A stretch of 63,838 nt of DNA, counting the filler, from Octopus bimaculoides (Eukaryota): NCBI RefSeq assembly GCF_001194135.2. It is 7 parts of 6 records of this genome, joined end to end, with 100 filler letters (N's around TTAATTAATTAA, not from the genome) between each part and the next. Parts side by side here need not be neighbours in the genome. Positions count along the whole stretch, not along the records: positions 1 to 19,184 come from NC_068996.1; positions 19,285 to 23,643 come from NC_068987.1; positions 23,744 to 48,677 come from NC_068999.1; 4 more parts are not named here. One strand, 5' to 3'. Shown one piece after another: positions 14,204 to 26,076 of this stretch; positions within the stretch are counted from its first letter, which is position 1; every line of letters starts with the position of its first letter. The position numbers were made by a program, and so were the translations under genes. The notes under the pieces are model-generated. The model made no database searches and was not told where the DNA came from. It was given only the letters and a program-made list of their open reading frames with translations.

Positions 14204-14262
14204 ATTCCAGATCCCGGATTTCTAACTCTGCATGAGAAATATTCTGCCTTCATCAGTGGAAT
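14204..14262 (-). ncRNA. Type-I hammerhead ribozyme-like motif, intact core, weak stem II
   Basis: AUUCCA-CUGAUGA-(27 nt, poorly paired)-GAAA-UCCGGGA-UC-UGGAAU: 6-bp stem I and near-palindromic stem III. Confidence 0.45.
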
Positions 14263-14879
14263 ATACTCAGAAAAAAATATAAATACAAGTATATATATNN
14301 NNNNNNNNNNNNNNNNNNNNNNNNNNNNNNNNNNNNNNNNNNNNNNNNNNNNNNNNNNNNNNNNNNNNNNNNNNNNNNNNNNNNNNNNNNNNNNNNNNNN
14401 NNNNNNNNNNNNNNNNNNNNNNNNNNNNNNNNNNNNNNNNNNNNNNNNNNNNNNNNNNNNNNNNNNNNNNNNNNNNNNNNNNNNNNNNNNNNNNNNNNNN
14501 NNNNNNNNNNNNNNNNNNNNNNNNNNNNNNNNNNNNNNNNNNNNNNNNNNNNNNNNNNNNNNNNNNNNNNNNNNNNNNNNNNNNNNNNNNNNNNNNNNNN
14601 NNNNNNNNNNNNNNNNNNNNNNNNNNNNNNNNNNNNNNNNNNNNNNNNNNNNNNNNNNNNNNNNNNNNNNNNNNNNNNNNNNNNNNNNNNNNNNNNNNNN
14701 NNNNNNNNNNNNNNNNNNNNNNNNNNNNNNNNNNNNNNNNNNNNNNNNNNNNNNNNNNNNNNNNNNNNNNNNNNNNNNNNNNNNNNNNNNNNNNNNNNNN
14801 NNNNNNNNNNNNNNNNNNNNNNNNNNNNNNNNNNNNNNNNNNNNNNNNNNNNNNNNNNNNNNNNNNNNNNNNNNNNNNN

Positions 14880-14929
<50 letters not shown>

Positions 14930-15796
14930 AATAAATATATACACGCACACACATACATATACGTATGTATGTATGTACATACATATATATTTACGGCATA
15001 TCGAAAAAAGAAATGCCATTATGTTGGCCAGCCACGAATAGGGTTTGAACACCAGTTGCACACCATATGCAATCAGGTAAAGAATCGTAGAGAAGTTCAT
15101 ACCATACGTAAATGGATCAAAGAAATACAACTTATTCGTAGCTGAAAGATCGCATTCTTTCTAGATCTAAGAATTCCACTACTGTACTTAATTCCAGATC
15201 CGAAATTTTCGGCAAATTTCCAGTTGCTGTATTGTAGACTTTGGACTCCTCTCCGTTGAATTATTCTACAACGACTAATTTTATTATGGGTTTTACGATC
15301 AAAGAACGAGTAACTTGAATCTTGTTTCTTTTTTCTTTTTATTTCCTTTTTTCGTTTTTACTCGCACTTCTACTTTTTGCATCAACCTTCTCGTTTTTTT
15401 CTCGTGTTTTCTCATGTATCAGCGTCCTGATTTCCCAATAGAACACACCATGGGCTTAGAGTCTGACGATTGCTTGAATACGCAAAGTGTTTCCAGAACA
15501 GGGACTAATAGTAACTCGTATTCTTAAACTGAGTACATCAAATTTGGCTGTTTTATAAATGAATTACATTTCCACCTGCAATATATTTTTAATCATCTTT
15601 ATTCATCAGTCTATATGTATATATGTGTGTGTCGTGTGTTTCGATGTGTTTGTATGTATGCGTGTATACATACATACATTTATACATACATTTATACATA
15701 CATTTATACATACATACATACATACATACATGCATACATATATGAAGATATAAAACTGTACCTACCATGAAAAAAATAGTACATAAAAGCTACAGG

Positions 15797-15836
<40 letters not shown>

Positions 15837-16389
15837 NNNNNNNNNNNNNNNNNNNNNNNNNNNNNNNNNNNNNNNNNNNNNNNNNNNNNNNNNNNNNNNN
15901 NNNNNNNNNNNNNNNNNNNNNNNNNNNNNNNNNNNNNNNNNNNNNNNNNNNNNNNNNNNNNNNNNNNNNNNNNNNNNNNNNNNNNNNNNNNNNNNNNNNN
16001 NNNNNNNNNNNNNNNNNNNNNNNNNNNNNNNNNNNNNNNNNNNNNNNNNNNNNNNNNNNNNNNNNNNNNNNNNNNNNNNNNNNNNNNNNNNNNNNNNNNN
16101 NNNNNNNNNNNNNNNNNNNNNNNNNNNNNNNNNNNNNNNNNNNNNNNNNNNNNNNNNNNNNNNNNNNNNNNNNNNNNNNNNNNNNNNNNNNNNNNNNNNN
16201 NNNNNNNNNNNNNNNNNNNNNNNNNNNNNNNNNNNNNNNNNNNNNNNNNNNNNNNNNNNNNNNNNNNAGAAGAAGAAGAAGAAGAAGAAGAAGAAGAAGA
16301 AGAAGAAGAAGAAGAAGAAGAAGAAGAAGAAGAAGAAGAAGAAGAAGAAGAAGAAGAAGAAGAAGAAGAAGAAATTGTAGAAGCTGAGT

Positions 16390-16675
16390 ACTTCAAAAAT
16401 ATCAGTAGGAATTGGTGCGTTGGGAATGATAAAGAAGGGAGCTGATACGTATATTAAGCAACTCCCTGGTAACTCCAATATCCGTGAACTACAATAAATA
16501 ACCTTGGTTGGTACAACTCATATACTTCGAAAAGCATTCTCCATCTAAAATGGAATAAATGTGGCGATAATTTTAGCATGCATAGCAAAACAAAAGTGCC
16601 CTTGGTACTCTTGGTCTCCGGAGGATGCCTGGTACTGAGGCAGCTCAAATAAAGTTATAATGAAAGGAAACCATA
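16390..16675 (+). mobile_element. 3' end of a restriction-like-endonuclease (R4/Dong-type) non-LTR retrotransposon, subfamily 1
   Basis: Reads ISVGIGALGMIKKGADTYIKQLPGNSNIRELQ*ITLVGTTHILRKAFSI*, then a 3' UTR running into (TAA)n. Confidence 0.7.
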
Positions 16676-16700
16676 AATAATAATAATAATAATAATAATG

Positions 16701-16764
<64 letters not shown>

Positions 16765-16811
16765 CAACAACAACAACACCAACAACAACAACAACAACAA
16801 TAATAATAATA
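16676..16811. repeat. (TAA)n/(CAA)n microsatellite between two R4/Dong-type LINE fragments
   Basis: Direct reading. Confidence 0.95.
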
Positions 16812-16812
16812 G

Positions 16813-17460
16813 GTCGAAAGCGTGACTCTTATTGTTAGTTTGTTAAAGTCTTGCGCAGAAAGAGTACAAGCGTAGACACGACAAGGTAACCCAAAACCTC
16901 CACTGGCTACTATACTATAGGTATGGATATGAAGTTACGGGTGCTTGGTACCAACATACACAGGAAAAGGTAATGAACGAAAAGGGGAAGGCAAAATCAT
17001 CTAGGACTTAGACAGACAAGATATTAGAGCACCAAAGGCCGGATATAACAACCTTTAGGAGGGACAAACAAGAGTGCCTAATAATTGACATGGCAGTGCC
17101 AAGAGATCAACATATTATCATGAAAGAAAGAGAGAAAACTGATAAATATGGAGACCTGAGAATTGAGATTGCTAAGATGTGGCAGCTACCAAAGTCAAAC
17201 ATAAAAGTTGTCCCTATTGTCATTGGAGCATTAGGTTCAATACTGCCCAAGATAAAGTAACATCTGGAAACTTTAGAAATACCCTACAATCTAGGTGTAT
17301 TGCAAAAGTCGGTATTACTTGGAACTGCATGCATATTGCGTAAAGTACTGTCTGTCTGAGATACTTGTTGTGACTTGACGAACAGTACAAATCCGGTTAG
17401 ACACAATATCTTCAATCAACAACTTCACAATATTGTATACTGTGCGACATCTAGGATGAT
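16813..17460 (+). mobile_element. 5'-truncated R4/Dong-type LINE (end of zinc knuckle, RHD motif, PD-(D/E)xK endonuclease), subfamily 2
   Basis: Reads LAQKEYKRRHDKVTQNLHW...HQRPDITTFRRDKQECLIIDMAVPRD...EREKTDKYGDLRIEIAKMW...VVPIVIGALGS...LQKSVLLGTACILRKVLSV* (stop 17357-17359), with frameshifts and stops; (TAA)n on both sides. Confidence 0.9.
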
Positions 17461-17467
17461 GATTATG

Positions 17468-17507
<40 letters not shown>

Positions 17508-17538
17508 CAACAACAACAACGACGACGACGACGACGAC

Positions 17539-17585
<47 letters not shown>

Positions 17586-17607
17586 GCAGGAGGAGGAGGA
17601 GGAGGAG
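17455..17607. repeat. Compound trinucleotide ladder AAT>AAC>GAC>GAT>GAG
   Basis: Direct reading; successive blocks differ by one base in the same register. Confidence 0.9.
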
Positions 17608-17897
17608 ATAATGAATGGTTTCTGCAAAAGTAGTCCCAGCTGTTATAGGTGATCAAAGTATTATTATCAATATGCTTGTTAGTTTCCTCATTGAAATCGA
17701 GGTAACTACGAGAGTTGTATTTATGCAGAAATTTGTTCTTTTAAGAACGAGAAAGATTGCCCGGAAGATCCTTGATATCAAATGAAAATAGCTGTCATCT
17801 GCTATCAAGTTTATTGATTCTAACTGTAACATATTTAATCACACCATTGGGTAATAATGATTATGGTGATGCTGATGATGATGATGATGATAACAAT

Positions 17898-18130
17898 AGT
17901 TTCAAATTTTGGCAAAAGGCCAGCTATTTTAGAGGTGCAGGAGTAAGTCAATTACATCGACCCCAGTGTTCAACTGGTATGTATTTTATCGACCCGAATG
18001 AAATGAAAGGTACAATCGATCTCCGCATAGTTTTAAATCATAAAGTAAAGAGCCGGAAGAAACGTCAGTAAGTATTTTGTTTGGCACTTCACGATTGTGC
18101 TAGATCACCAACAAACAGCTGACGTTGCTG
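17898..18130 (-). mobile_element. SINE family A, degenerate
   Basis: Reverse complement of the family-A body (GGGTCGATAAAATACATACCAGTTGAACACTGGGGTCGATGTAATTGACTTACTCC). Confidence 0.6.
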
Positions 18131-18336
18131 CAGTAACTGTTAGAAATCAGATACGCTAAACTACACTCACAGTATCAAGAATAAGGTACAGGTATGACTA
18201 TAGTTTAAAATCTCGCTTTGCAGTCGCATGCTTTTGAGTTTAGCATACTGCGCAAGTTACTTCCATAGTAGCTCCAGGCCGACCGATACCTTGTAAGTAA
18301 GTATGGTCGATGGAAACTGAAAGAAGCCCATTGAAC

Positions 18337-18383
<47 letters not shown>

Positions 18384-18792
18384 TATGTGTATATATGTGT
18401 TTGTGTGTATATGCGTGTACGTTTGTATAAGTGACTACCACTGGTTTGTATACGTTCACGTTCGATTGAGAACTGATAGGATGAGTGGTATACGTGAAAT
18501 AATAAATACTGGGAGACTGGTAACAAGGCGTGTTGTTCAAGAGAAACCATTGAAGCTGGTGCCCTAAAATGCTCACAGACAGATGACTGAACCAAGTAAG
18601 TAATCTTCGGCTCAGAGAATACTCAAACTCATACAAAATAAAATTTGAATTATGTGTGATCTGTTTAAATGAGATATTGGCAAGATTTGTACATAAAGAA
18701 AACAAATATGATTCATTTTAATTAATAATCTTCTTTATTACTAAGAGTACTGCATGCGTGTGTAAACAAAAACACACACAAGAGTATAAATG

Positions 18793-18865
<73 letters not shown>

Positions 18866-19145
18866 ATGTGTGTGTGTGTGTGTGTGTATAAAATTAATAA
18901 CAATTAATAGTAGATTATAATGTTTCACCAAAAGGGAGGATTATATAAGTTCTTCAATGTGACAAGCGTGTGAAGAAACACGTATGTATGTATGTATGTA
19001 TGTATGTATGAATGAATGGATATATATATACATGCATGTATGTTTATATGTATGTATATATATGTATGCATGTATATGTATGAATGTGTGCATGTGTATA
19101 TACATATATAAATATATACATCTATACTTATATATAAATATATGC

Positions 19146-19184
<39 letters not shown>

Positions 19185-19410
19185 NNNNNNNNNNNNNNNN
19201 NNNNNNNNNNNNNNNNNNNNNNNNNNNNTTAATTAATTAANNNNNNNNNNNNNNNNNNNNNNNNNNNNNNNNNNNNNNNNNNNNTGTGTGCATGCATGCA
19301 TATATGTGTATATGTATGCTTGTATGTGGGGGTATGCGCGTATGTATGTATATATGTATGTATGTATGTATGTTTGTATGCACGTATGTGTGTGTATGTA
19401 TGTATGTATG

Positions 19411-21226
19411 TCATTGTTCAGCTTTATTTCAGATGTCTTGCCAATAGAGAAAGAGCCGGTTTCTAACCTAGATCCGAGGTTCTTTCATTGGAATTTTAAC
19501 ATCAACAACAGGGTTTTGACTTGTATGTATGTATGTATGCATGTTTGTATGTATGTATGTTTGTATGTATTATGTATGTATGTGTGTAGGTATGTATGTT
19601 TGTATGTATGTATGTTTGTATGTATGTTTGTATGTATTATGTATGTATGTGTGTAGGTAGGTATGTATTATGCAGATTTTTAGGTTTCATTTTATGTCTT
19701 GTATTCTCATGCATATAGTTGTCAGTCTAAACATACTCATATATATTTAAATGATAAACTTCTGGAAAGTTTTACAGATTTTTACAGTTCCAGTGATGGA
19801 TTGAATCTGTAGTCTTCGAACTAGATTTCTCCTTTCTGGTTTTGAGAATCCTAATTTCTCAAGATTAGTATTTAGGCAGTGTGTTACATATCCCAAGGCC
19901 CCAATAATTACGGATATAAACCTGAACTTGTAATCTGGATGGAGTAACTGCAGATTTCTCAGTAGTTCAGCGTAGGCATTCAGCTTTGTTAACATCCGCT
20001 GGGCAGCTAATTTCCACAATTGTACAGTTTCTCTTTCCACGACTATACACAGTTACTCCTCTCTGTCCCAAATCATTATATCAGATCTGTTGCGCGTACA
20101 TTTTATTGAAGTCTTCACTGGGACATTCCACCGGTATTTCTGAGTGACTATGACTTCTACCATACTGTCGGTTCTTATTTCTTTGTCCTCAGGGTTATCC
20201 TTCCGACGGATTTCATCACAGAGTATGCTAGCTACAACATCATGTCTCATCGGTAGATAACACCGTGATGACATTTTCGGACACCTGCTTATGATGTGGG
20301 TGGTATTTCGGTGTTAACTTCACAAAGTCTGCATCGATTGTAACATTTTACTGCTTTTCCTGCATCTTTATCCCTTTTGTGCATCAGGTATTTGGTTGAT
20401 ATTTTCTGTTCCTGGATTGCAAACGCATACCCTTCAAAGTGGGAGGTAGTAATCCGGCTATTGGTCCATGATAGACTGCTTTGATGATCAATGTTACAAT
20501 CATCTCCGAGCTTTCTACTAGCATATCCCATGCATAGTCTTCTGCTCATATAGGCTCATCCTTGCATCTGATGATACGTGCGACTTGTTTGAGCATGTAT
20601 CCTAGGTTATCAGACAATAGGAATGTTGTTCAAGGAGCTGACTTCCAAGTCTTATGATGTCATCAGCCTCATGTATGCAAACTTGGTCAAGGGATGCACT
20701 TCGACACTTGGTTGTTAAAAGATGTTACCGAAGGGATATGATACGACATACAAAGGCATTTTGGATCGATGTTAAGCCTCTGCCGCCTTGTTTTTGTTTT
20801 AGGTAGTGGCGGTCTACGTCACTGTTTATGTGGAAATTATGTGTATTTGTTAGTATTTTTCGGGTGTTCACATCAATGGCTCGGATCTCATCAAGCGTCC
20901 AATCAAGCAGCCCAAATGTTGGTATGAGTACTGGCACTGCAGATACATTGTGGGTCACTGCTTTATTGAATGTAGAGAGTGCTGAGGTCCAAATTTTCTT
21001 TATTTGGCTGTAATATTCTTTTGTAACACGTGTTTTGTTACAGGAGCCATTTTAAGATATGTTTTCATTCACCACCAGATACCTGTAACATTCTTCGATA
21101 TAGGGGAAACAGTCAAATCATTAATGGAAATGTTGCCAGTCTGGTTTATAGCTTTCCTCCTTTTCACAACCATATAACAACATTTATCCTGACCAAACTC
21201 CAACCCTACATCCTTTGAGAATGTTG
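19411..21226 (-). mobile_element. 5'-truncated RLE-type (R4-like) non-LTR retrotransposon, family 3: RT end, thumb, CCHC knuckle, RHD, endonuclease, 3' UTR
   Basis: Minus-strand pieces FSKDVGLEFGQDKC; SAVPVLIPTFGLLDWT..IDVNTRKIL..HINSDVDR.YL..KQGGRGL; HFEGYAFAIQEQKISTK; CRLC..THIISRC..YLPMRHDVVA; NRSDIMIWDRE; VIIGALGYV..LQIQSITGTVKICKTFQKFII* (stop 19747). Flanked by (TACA)n-like tracts. Confidence 0.9.
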
Positions 21227-21659
21227 TAATTATGTCTGTCTGTCTATATGCATGTATGTATTACGCACGTACATATGTATGTACGTACGTATATATGCAT
21301 GCACGTACATGCGTATGTATGTATGTATGTATGCATGTACATGTACGTACGCGCATGTGTTCGTATGTAGGGAGGTACGTGTGTGTGCCTGCACGTATGT
21401 GCGTATGTATGTACAGATACTTGCTTGTATGCTACAGCATGTTTATGTACATATATTAGTATATCTATATTTGCAGGATAGGGGGATGGATTCTCCATCG
21501 GTTTACACGATGAGCATTTACTAGTAATTTGATCGCCTGAATTCCTTAGTCGTGCAATTAATATCTAAAGTGGGGATACGTGGACTCATTTTATGTAATC
21601 CTCCGAGAGAGGGGAACTGAACCCAGAATCATGTAGTTGGGAAGCAGACTTCGTTATTA

Positions 21660-21900
21660 CAAGGCTGACAAAATTGTGACGGCGAAAAGCTAGCTATTTA
21701 TAAGAAATTATCGGCTCACACAGGGGTTCAGAAAACTGTGCCACGTGACCTTATCTGAAGGCGGCGATTGGTTGAGTTGCACCCTGGCGCGAAATAGAAC
21801 AAGAGACAAAAATGCGCTAATACCAACCAGAGTGGTGGACACAACGGGGTCCAAAGATGCGGCCGAAAGCTAGCTGTTATCTGCTAGGTCCGCATTCATG
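21660..21900. promoter_or_regulatory. CpG-rich island with clustered E-box, CCAAT and E2F-like motifs (candidate promoter, or TE terminal region)
   Basis: CACGTG 21742-21747; ATTGG 21767-21771; GGCGCGAAA (reverse complement TTTCGCGCC) 21786-21794; second GGCGAAAA near 21681. No linked exon found. Confidence 0.25.
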
Positions 21901-23849
21901 TATATATAATAGAGAGAGAAAAGCTTTGCTACAGAGCCCCCCCCCCCACCAGTCATTTTGCGCAAGACAAAACAGACGGTACAGGAAATAACTGTAGCGA
22001 AAAGGGGAAAGAATGGTTGGTCATAAAGCTGGTCATAAAGCTGGCACTTGGTCACCATTTAGTAAACGCTCGTGTAAACGTCGGGCTTTGAGTTGGCATC
22101 ACGTCGGGGTCACCAATTGTAGAAAATGTGATTTAGTACTTGCTGGGTGCTTCACAATTCCATACATAGTTCATTGAAGGAAAAGGCGNNNNNNNNNNNN
22201 NNNNNNNNNNNNNNNNNNNNNNNNNNNNNNNNNNNNNNNNNNNNNNNNNNNNNNNNNNNNNNNNNNNNNNNNNNNNNNNNNNNNNNNNNNNNNNNNNNNN
22301 NNNNNNNNNNNNNNNNNNNNNNNNNNNNNNNNNNNNNNNNNNNNNNNNNNNNNNNNNNNNNNNNNNNNNNNNNNNNNNNNNNNNNNNNNNNNNNNNNNNN
22401 NNNNNNNNNNNNNNNNNNNNNNNNNNNNNNNNNNNNNNNNNNNNNNNNNNNNNNNNNNNNNNNNNNNNNNNNNNNNNNNNNNNNNNNNNNNNNNNNNNNN
22501 NNNNNNNNNNNNNNNNNNNNNNNNNNNNNNNNNNNNNNNNNNNNNNNNNNNNNNNNNNNNNNNNNNNNNNNNNNNNNNNNNNNNNNNNNNNNNNNNNNNN
22601 NNNNNNNNNNNNNNNNNNNNNNNNNNNNNNNNNNNNNNNNNNNNNNNNNNNNNNNNNNNNNNNNNNNNNNNNNNNNNNNNNNNNNNNNNNNNNNNNNNNN
22701 NNNNNNNNNNNNNNNNNNNNNNNNNNNNNNNNNNNNNNNNNNNNNNNNNNNNNNNNNNNNNNNNNNNNNNNNNNNNNNNNNNNNNNNNNNNNNNNNNNNN
22801 NNNNNNNNNNNNNNNNNNNNNNNNNNNNNNNNNNNNNNNNNNNNNNNNNNNNNNNNNNNNNNNNNNNNNNNNNNNNNNNNNNNNNNNNNNNNNNNNNNNN
22901 NNNNNNNNNNNNNNNNNNNNNNNNNNNNNNNNNNNNNNNNNNNNNNNNNNNNNNNNNNNNNNNNNNNNNNNNNNNNNNNNNNNNNNNNNNNNNNNNNNNN
23001 NNNNNNNNNNNNNNNNNNNNNACTTAACTGGAGCTTTATTTATCGTCCCCAAAGGCAAAGTTGACTCCGTCGGGTCCAGGGAAACGGAATGTATACTAAC
23101 TACCACAGCAATCTTAACATGCAAACAATCCGACAAGGGAACAGTTGAAAGGTTATTAGTCTGCGAGAAATAGCAGCCAAATTGCCTTCATAATCACGGG
23201 CATCCGTCTTTTTAAAAGAAATTCAAGGGTTAGTCATGGCTGGAACGCTTTTGATCATAGGTCTTTTCGATGACGGTTCACCTGGAACTAAACAATTGAT
23301 GCACTGATTTTGTGTATATGTGTATGAATGTGCTGACGATAATCTGTATGTAGTGTGTGATTATATTGACAGTAGTTGCATGTATATATGCATAAGAATG
23401 ACAGGGCGTGTGGAGATAGATACAAGTGTGTGTATGTGTGTGTGTGTGTGTGGTATAGTGAAAGTAGCACGTGTTTACTTCTTTTTCCTTTTATCGTTAA
23501 GAAGTTTAAATGTTTCTTAGCACTTCCCTCTCCCTCTCTTCCTCTCTCTCATCCTCTCTCTCATTCTTCTCTCTCCCCCCACCTCTCTCCATCCGTCTTT
23601 CACACATATACACACCTTTCACTTTCTCTCTGTATATATATATNNNNNNNNNNNNNNNNNNNNNNNNNNNNNNNNNNNNNNNNNNNNTTAATTAATTAAN
23701 NNNNNNNNNNNNNNNNNNNNNNNNNNNNNNNNNNNNNNNNNNNTATATATATATATACACACACACACATACACACAAACATGCACACACATATATATTC
23801 AGATGCATGCATATACACATACACGACATGTATGTATATATATATGTTC

Positions 23850-24431
23850 TATCCACCAATGCGGTGTTGAGCACTCATTTTCATCGTTCGACACACACAC
23901 ACACGATGGATATCTTTCAAATTCCGTCTACCAAATCCATGCACAAGGTTTGGTCGGCTCGAGGCTACAGTAAAAGACACTTGCCCAAGGTGCCACACAG
24001 AGACTGAACGTGGAAATATGTGGTTGGGAAGTAACCTTCTCACCACACAGTAATGCCTGCGCTTGTATTTTATCATTCATTTGACTGCGGCCATACTGTA
24101 GAACCACCTTTTATCGAACAAATCGTCCCGAGGACTTATTCTTTGCAAGTCTAATACTTATTCTATCGGTGTATTTGGCCGAACCGCAAAGTTACGGGGA
24201 TGTAAACACACCAACATAGGTTGTCAAGCGATGGTGGGTGGGGGACAAAGACAGACACAAACATACACACACACACATATATATACGACGAGCTTCTTTC
24301 ACCTGCCGTCATAAGGTTTTGATCGGCCCGAGGCGATAGAAAACACTTGTCGAAGGTGCCACGCAGTGGGACTGAACCCGCAACTACGTGTTTGGTAAGC
24401 AAGGTTCTTACCACACAGCCACCCCTGCGCC
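23850..24431 (-). mobile_element. Two tandem SINE family B copies
   Basis: Heads end at ~24062 and ~24431 (CCTGCGC(C)); bodies match family B. Confidence 0.75.
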
Positions 24432-25206
24432 TATATGTATGTTACTTTTTGCTAGTTTCAGCTCGAGAGCTGCGTCCATTATCCTGGAAGGATGGAAGGT
24501 AAAATTGACCTTGACCGTAAGAATGTAAAGAGTCAAATGAAATACTGTTAAACATTTTAGCTGATGAACTCAGTGTGTGTGTGTATATGTGTGTTTATGC
24601 ATATACTTAATTTTAAAGATCTGATCTTTAAAGCATCAGAAATTGCGGAGAAGTTTTTTGTATTCTTCTTAGATATTTTCTATGATGTACACCTATTCAA
24701 TCAAGAAGTACCAATATTTACCGATGTAAGGCTGCGTGTATCTATAAAGAGATAAAAAGAAAATGGAAACGAGAAATAGGGAAAGGGGGTAAGAGAAAAG
24801 TAGCGAGTGGGTAGGAAGGGAACGTCTTAAGAAAGTGGATGTCTTTTGGTGAATCCATATCGTTGGTCGCCATCGTTTTGTTAGTCTCCAAGACACTCTA
24901 CTGTGCAAAGTATTGTCGGCAAGATGCGCAGACACATGCGAAATTCTAGAGAGGAACTATCGCGCCATGTCTGGATGGAGATACTAAATGAAGATCAGTA
25001 AGGTCACTGAGGTCACTGAGGTCAGGTATTTGGGGTCAATTTCTGTTAGATCAATTAAAAAAGATACTAGACATGAGCATACATGTTCTCACACACACAA
25101 ACATATACACATATACACATATGCACCCACTGAACCATTCAGACGAAGACCTCGCGAACACACGCACATACCCACATAGTCATACATGTGGCACTGACAC
25201 TCACAA

Positions 25207-25245
<39 letters not shown>

Positions 25246-25412
25246 ACACACTCGCACATATCCTAGCAGTTAGTGGACAAAATCTCCCTAGCAGCTGTTT
25301 AGCGCTTAAAATTGAAAACAACAAACGGAGAAAGCTCCAGTTATAATAGATAAACCATATTTTTGTAAAATGAACACAATGCTGCGTATTATGTTTAAAG
25401 ACATCAGGGGAA

Positions 25413-25458
25413 AACTACAGACATGTTTCAGTCTTATGAGACCTCCTCAGTGAAATTC
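25413..25458 (-). ncRNA. Minimal type-I hammerhead ribozyme motif with intact core
   Basis: GAAUUUCA-CUGAGGA-GGUC[UCAUAA]GACU-GAAA-CAUG-UC-UGUAGUUU: intact core, palindromic ACAUGU stem III, GUC triplet. Stem I has one U.U mismatch; stem II closes with G.U. Confidence 0.65.
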
Positions 25459-25504
25459 ACTCACCTCAGTTGGTTAGATTAGAGGGAATAAGTATCTTTA
25501 ATCT

Positions 25505-25711
25505 TTTAACTTTTGTTTTTTACTTGTTTCAGTCATTAAACCGCTGCCATGCTAGGGCACTGCCTTTAAGATTTTTAGTCGAATGCATCGATTCCAGTAC
25601 TTTTTCTTCTTTTTTTAAACTGGTACTTATTCTATCGTTCTCTTTTGCCGAAGCGTTAAGTTACGGCGGATGTAGAGGCACACGCACGTGCTTATACACA
25701 CACACACACAC

Positions 25712-25752
<41 letters not shown>

Positions 25753-25914
25753 CAATAAGCTTCTTTCAGTTTCCGTCTACCAAATCCACTCAAACGGCTT
25801 TGGTCGGACGAGACTATAGTAAAAGACACTTGCCCAAGGTGCCATGTTGTGGGGCTGAGCCCGGAACCATGTGATTTGGAAGCAAGCTTCTCACCACACA
25901 GGTACGCCTGTGCC
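25505..25914 (-). mobile_element. SINE family B, near full length with internal (CA)/(TA) microsatellite
   Basis: Matches the copies at 3379-3779 and 50290-50705. Confidence 0.8.
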
Positions 25915-26029
25915 TATATATATAGAAATCAATAGGAATAGGCTTTGCTGATGAGATCGAAGTATTAGTGGTAATAGTAATAGAAGGAGTAATAGTCATG
26001 TTGTTGCTTAGGATAGTGGTAGTAGTAGC

Positions 26030-26076
<47 letters not shown>

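Noticed and set aside
16390-17460. Hypothesis that the TAA-targeting R4/Dong LINEs mobilise SINE family A
   Set aside because: Tail polarity is opposite (TAA versus TTA on the sense strand), and I saw no shared 3'-end sequence.
19229-19240. Recurrent TTAATTAATTAA motif (six copies)
   Set aside because: Always centred in an identical N44-12-N44 block; an artificial six-frame-stop linker, not biology.
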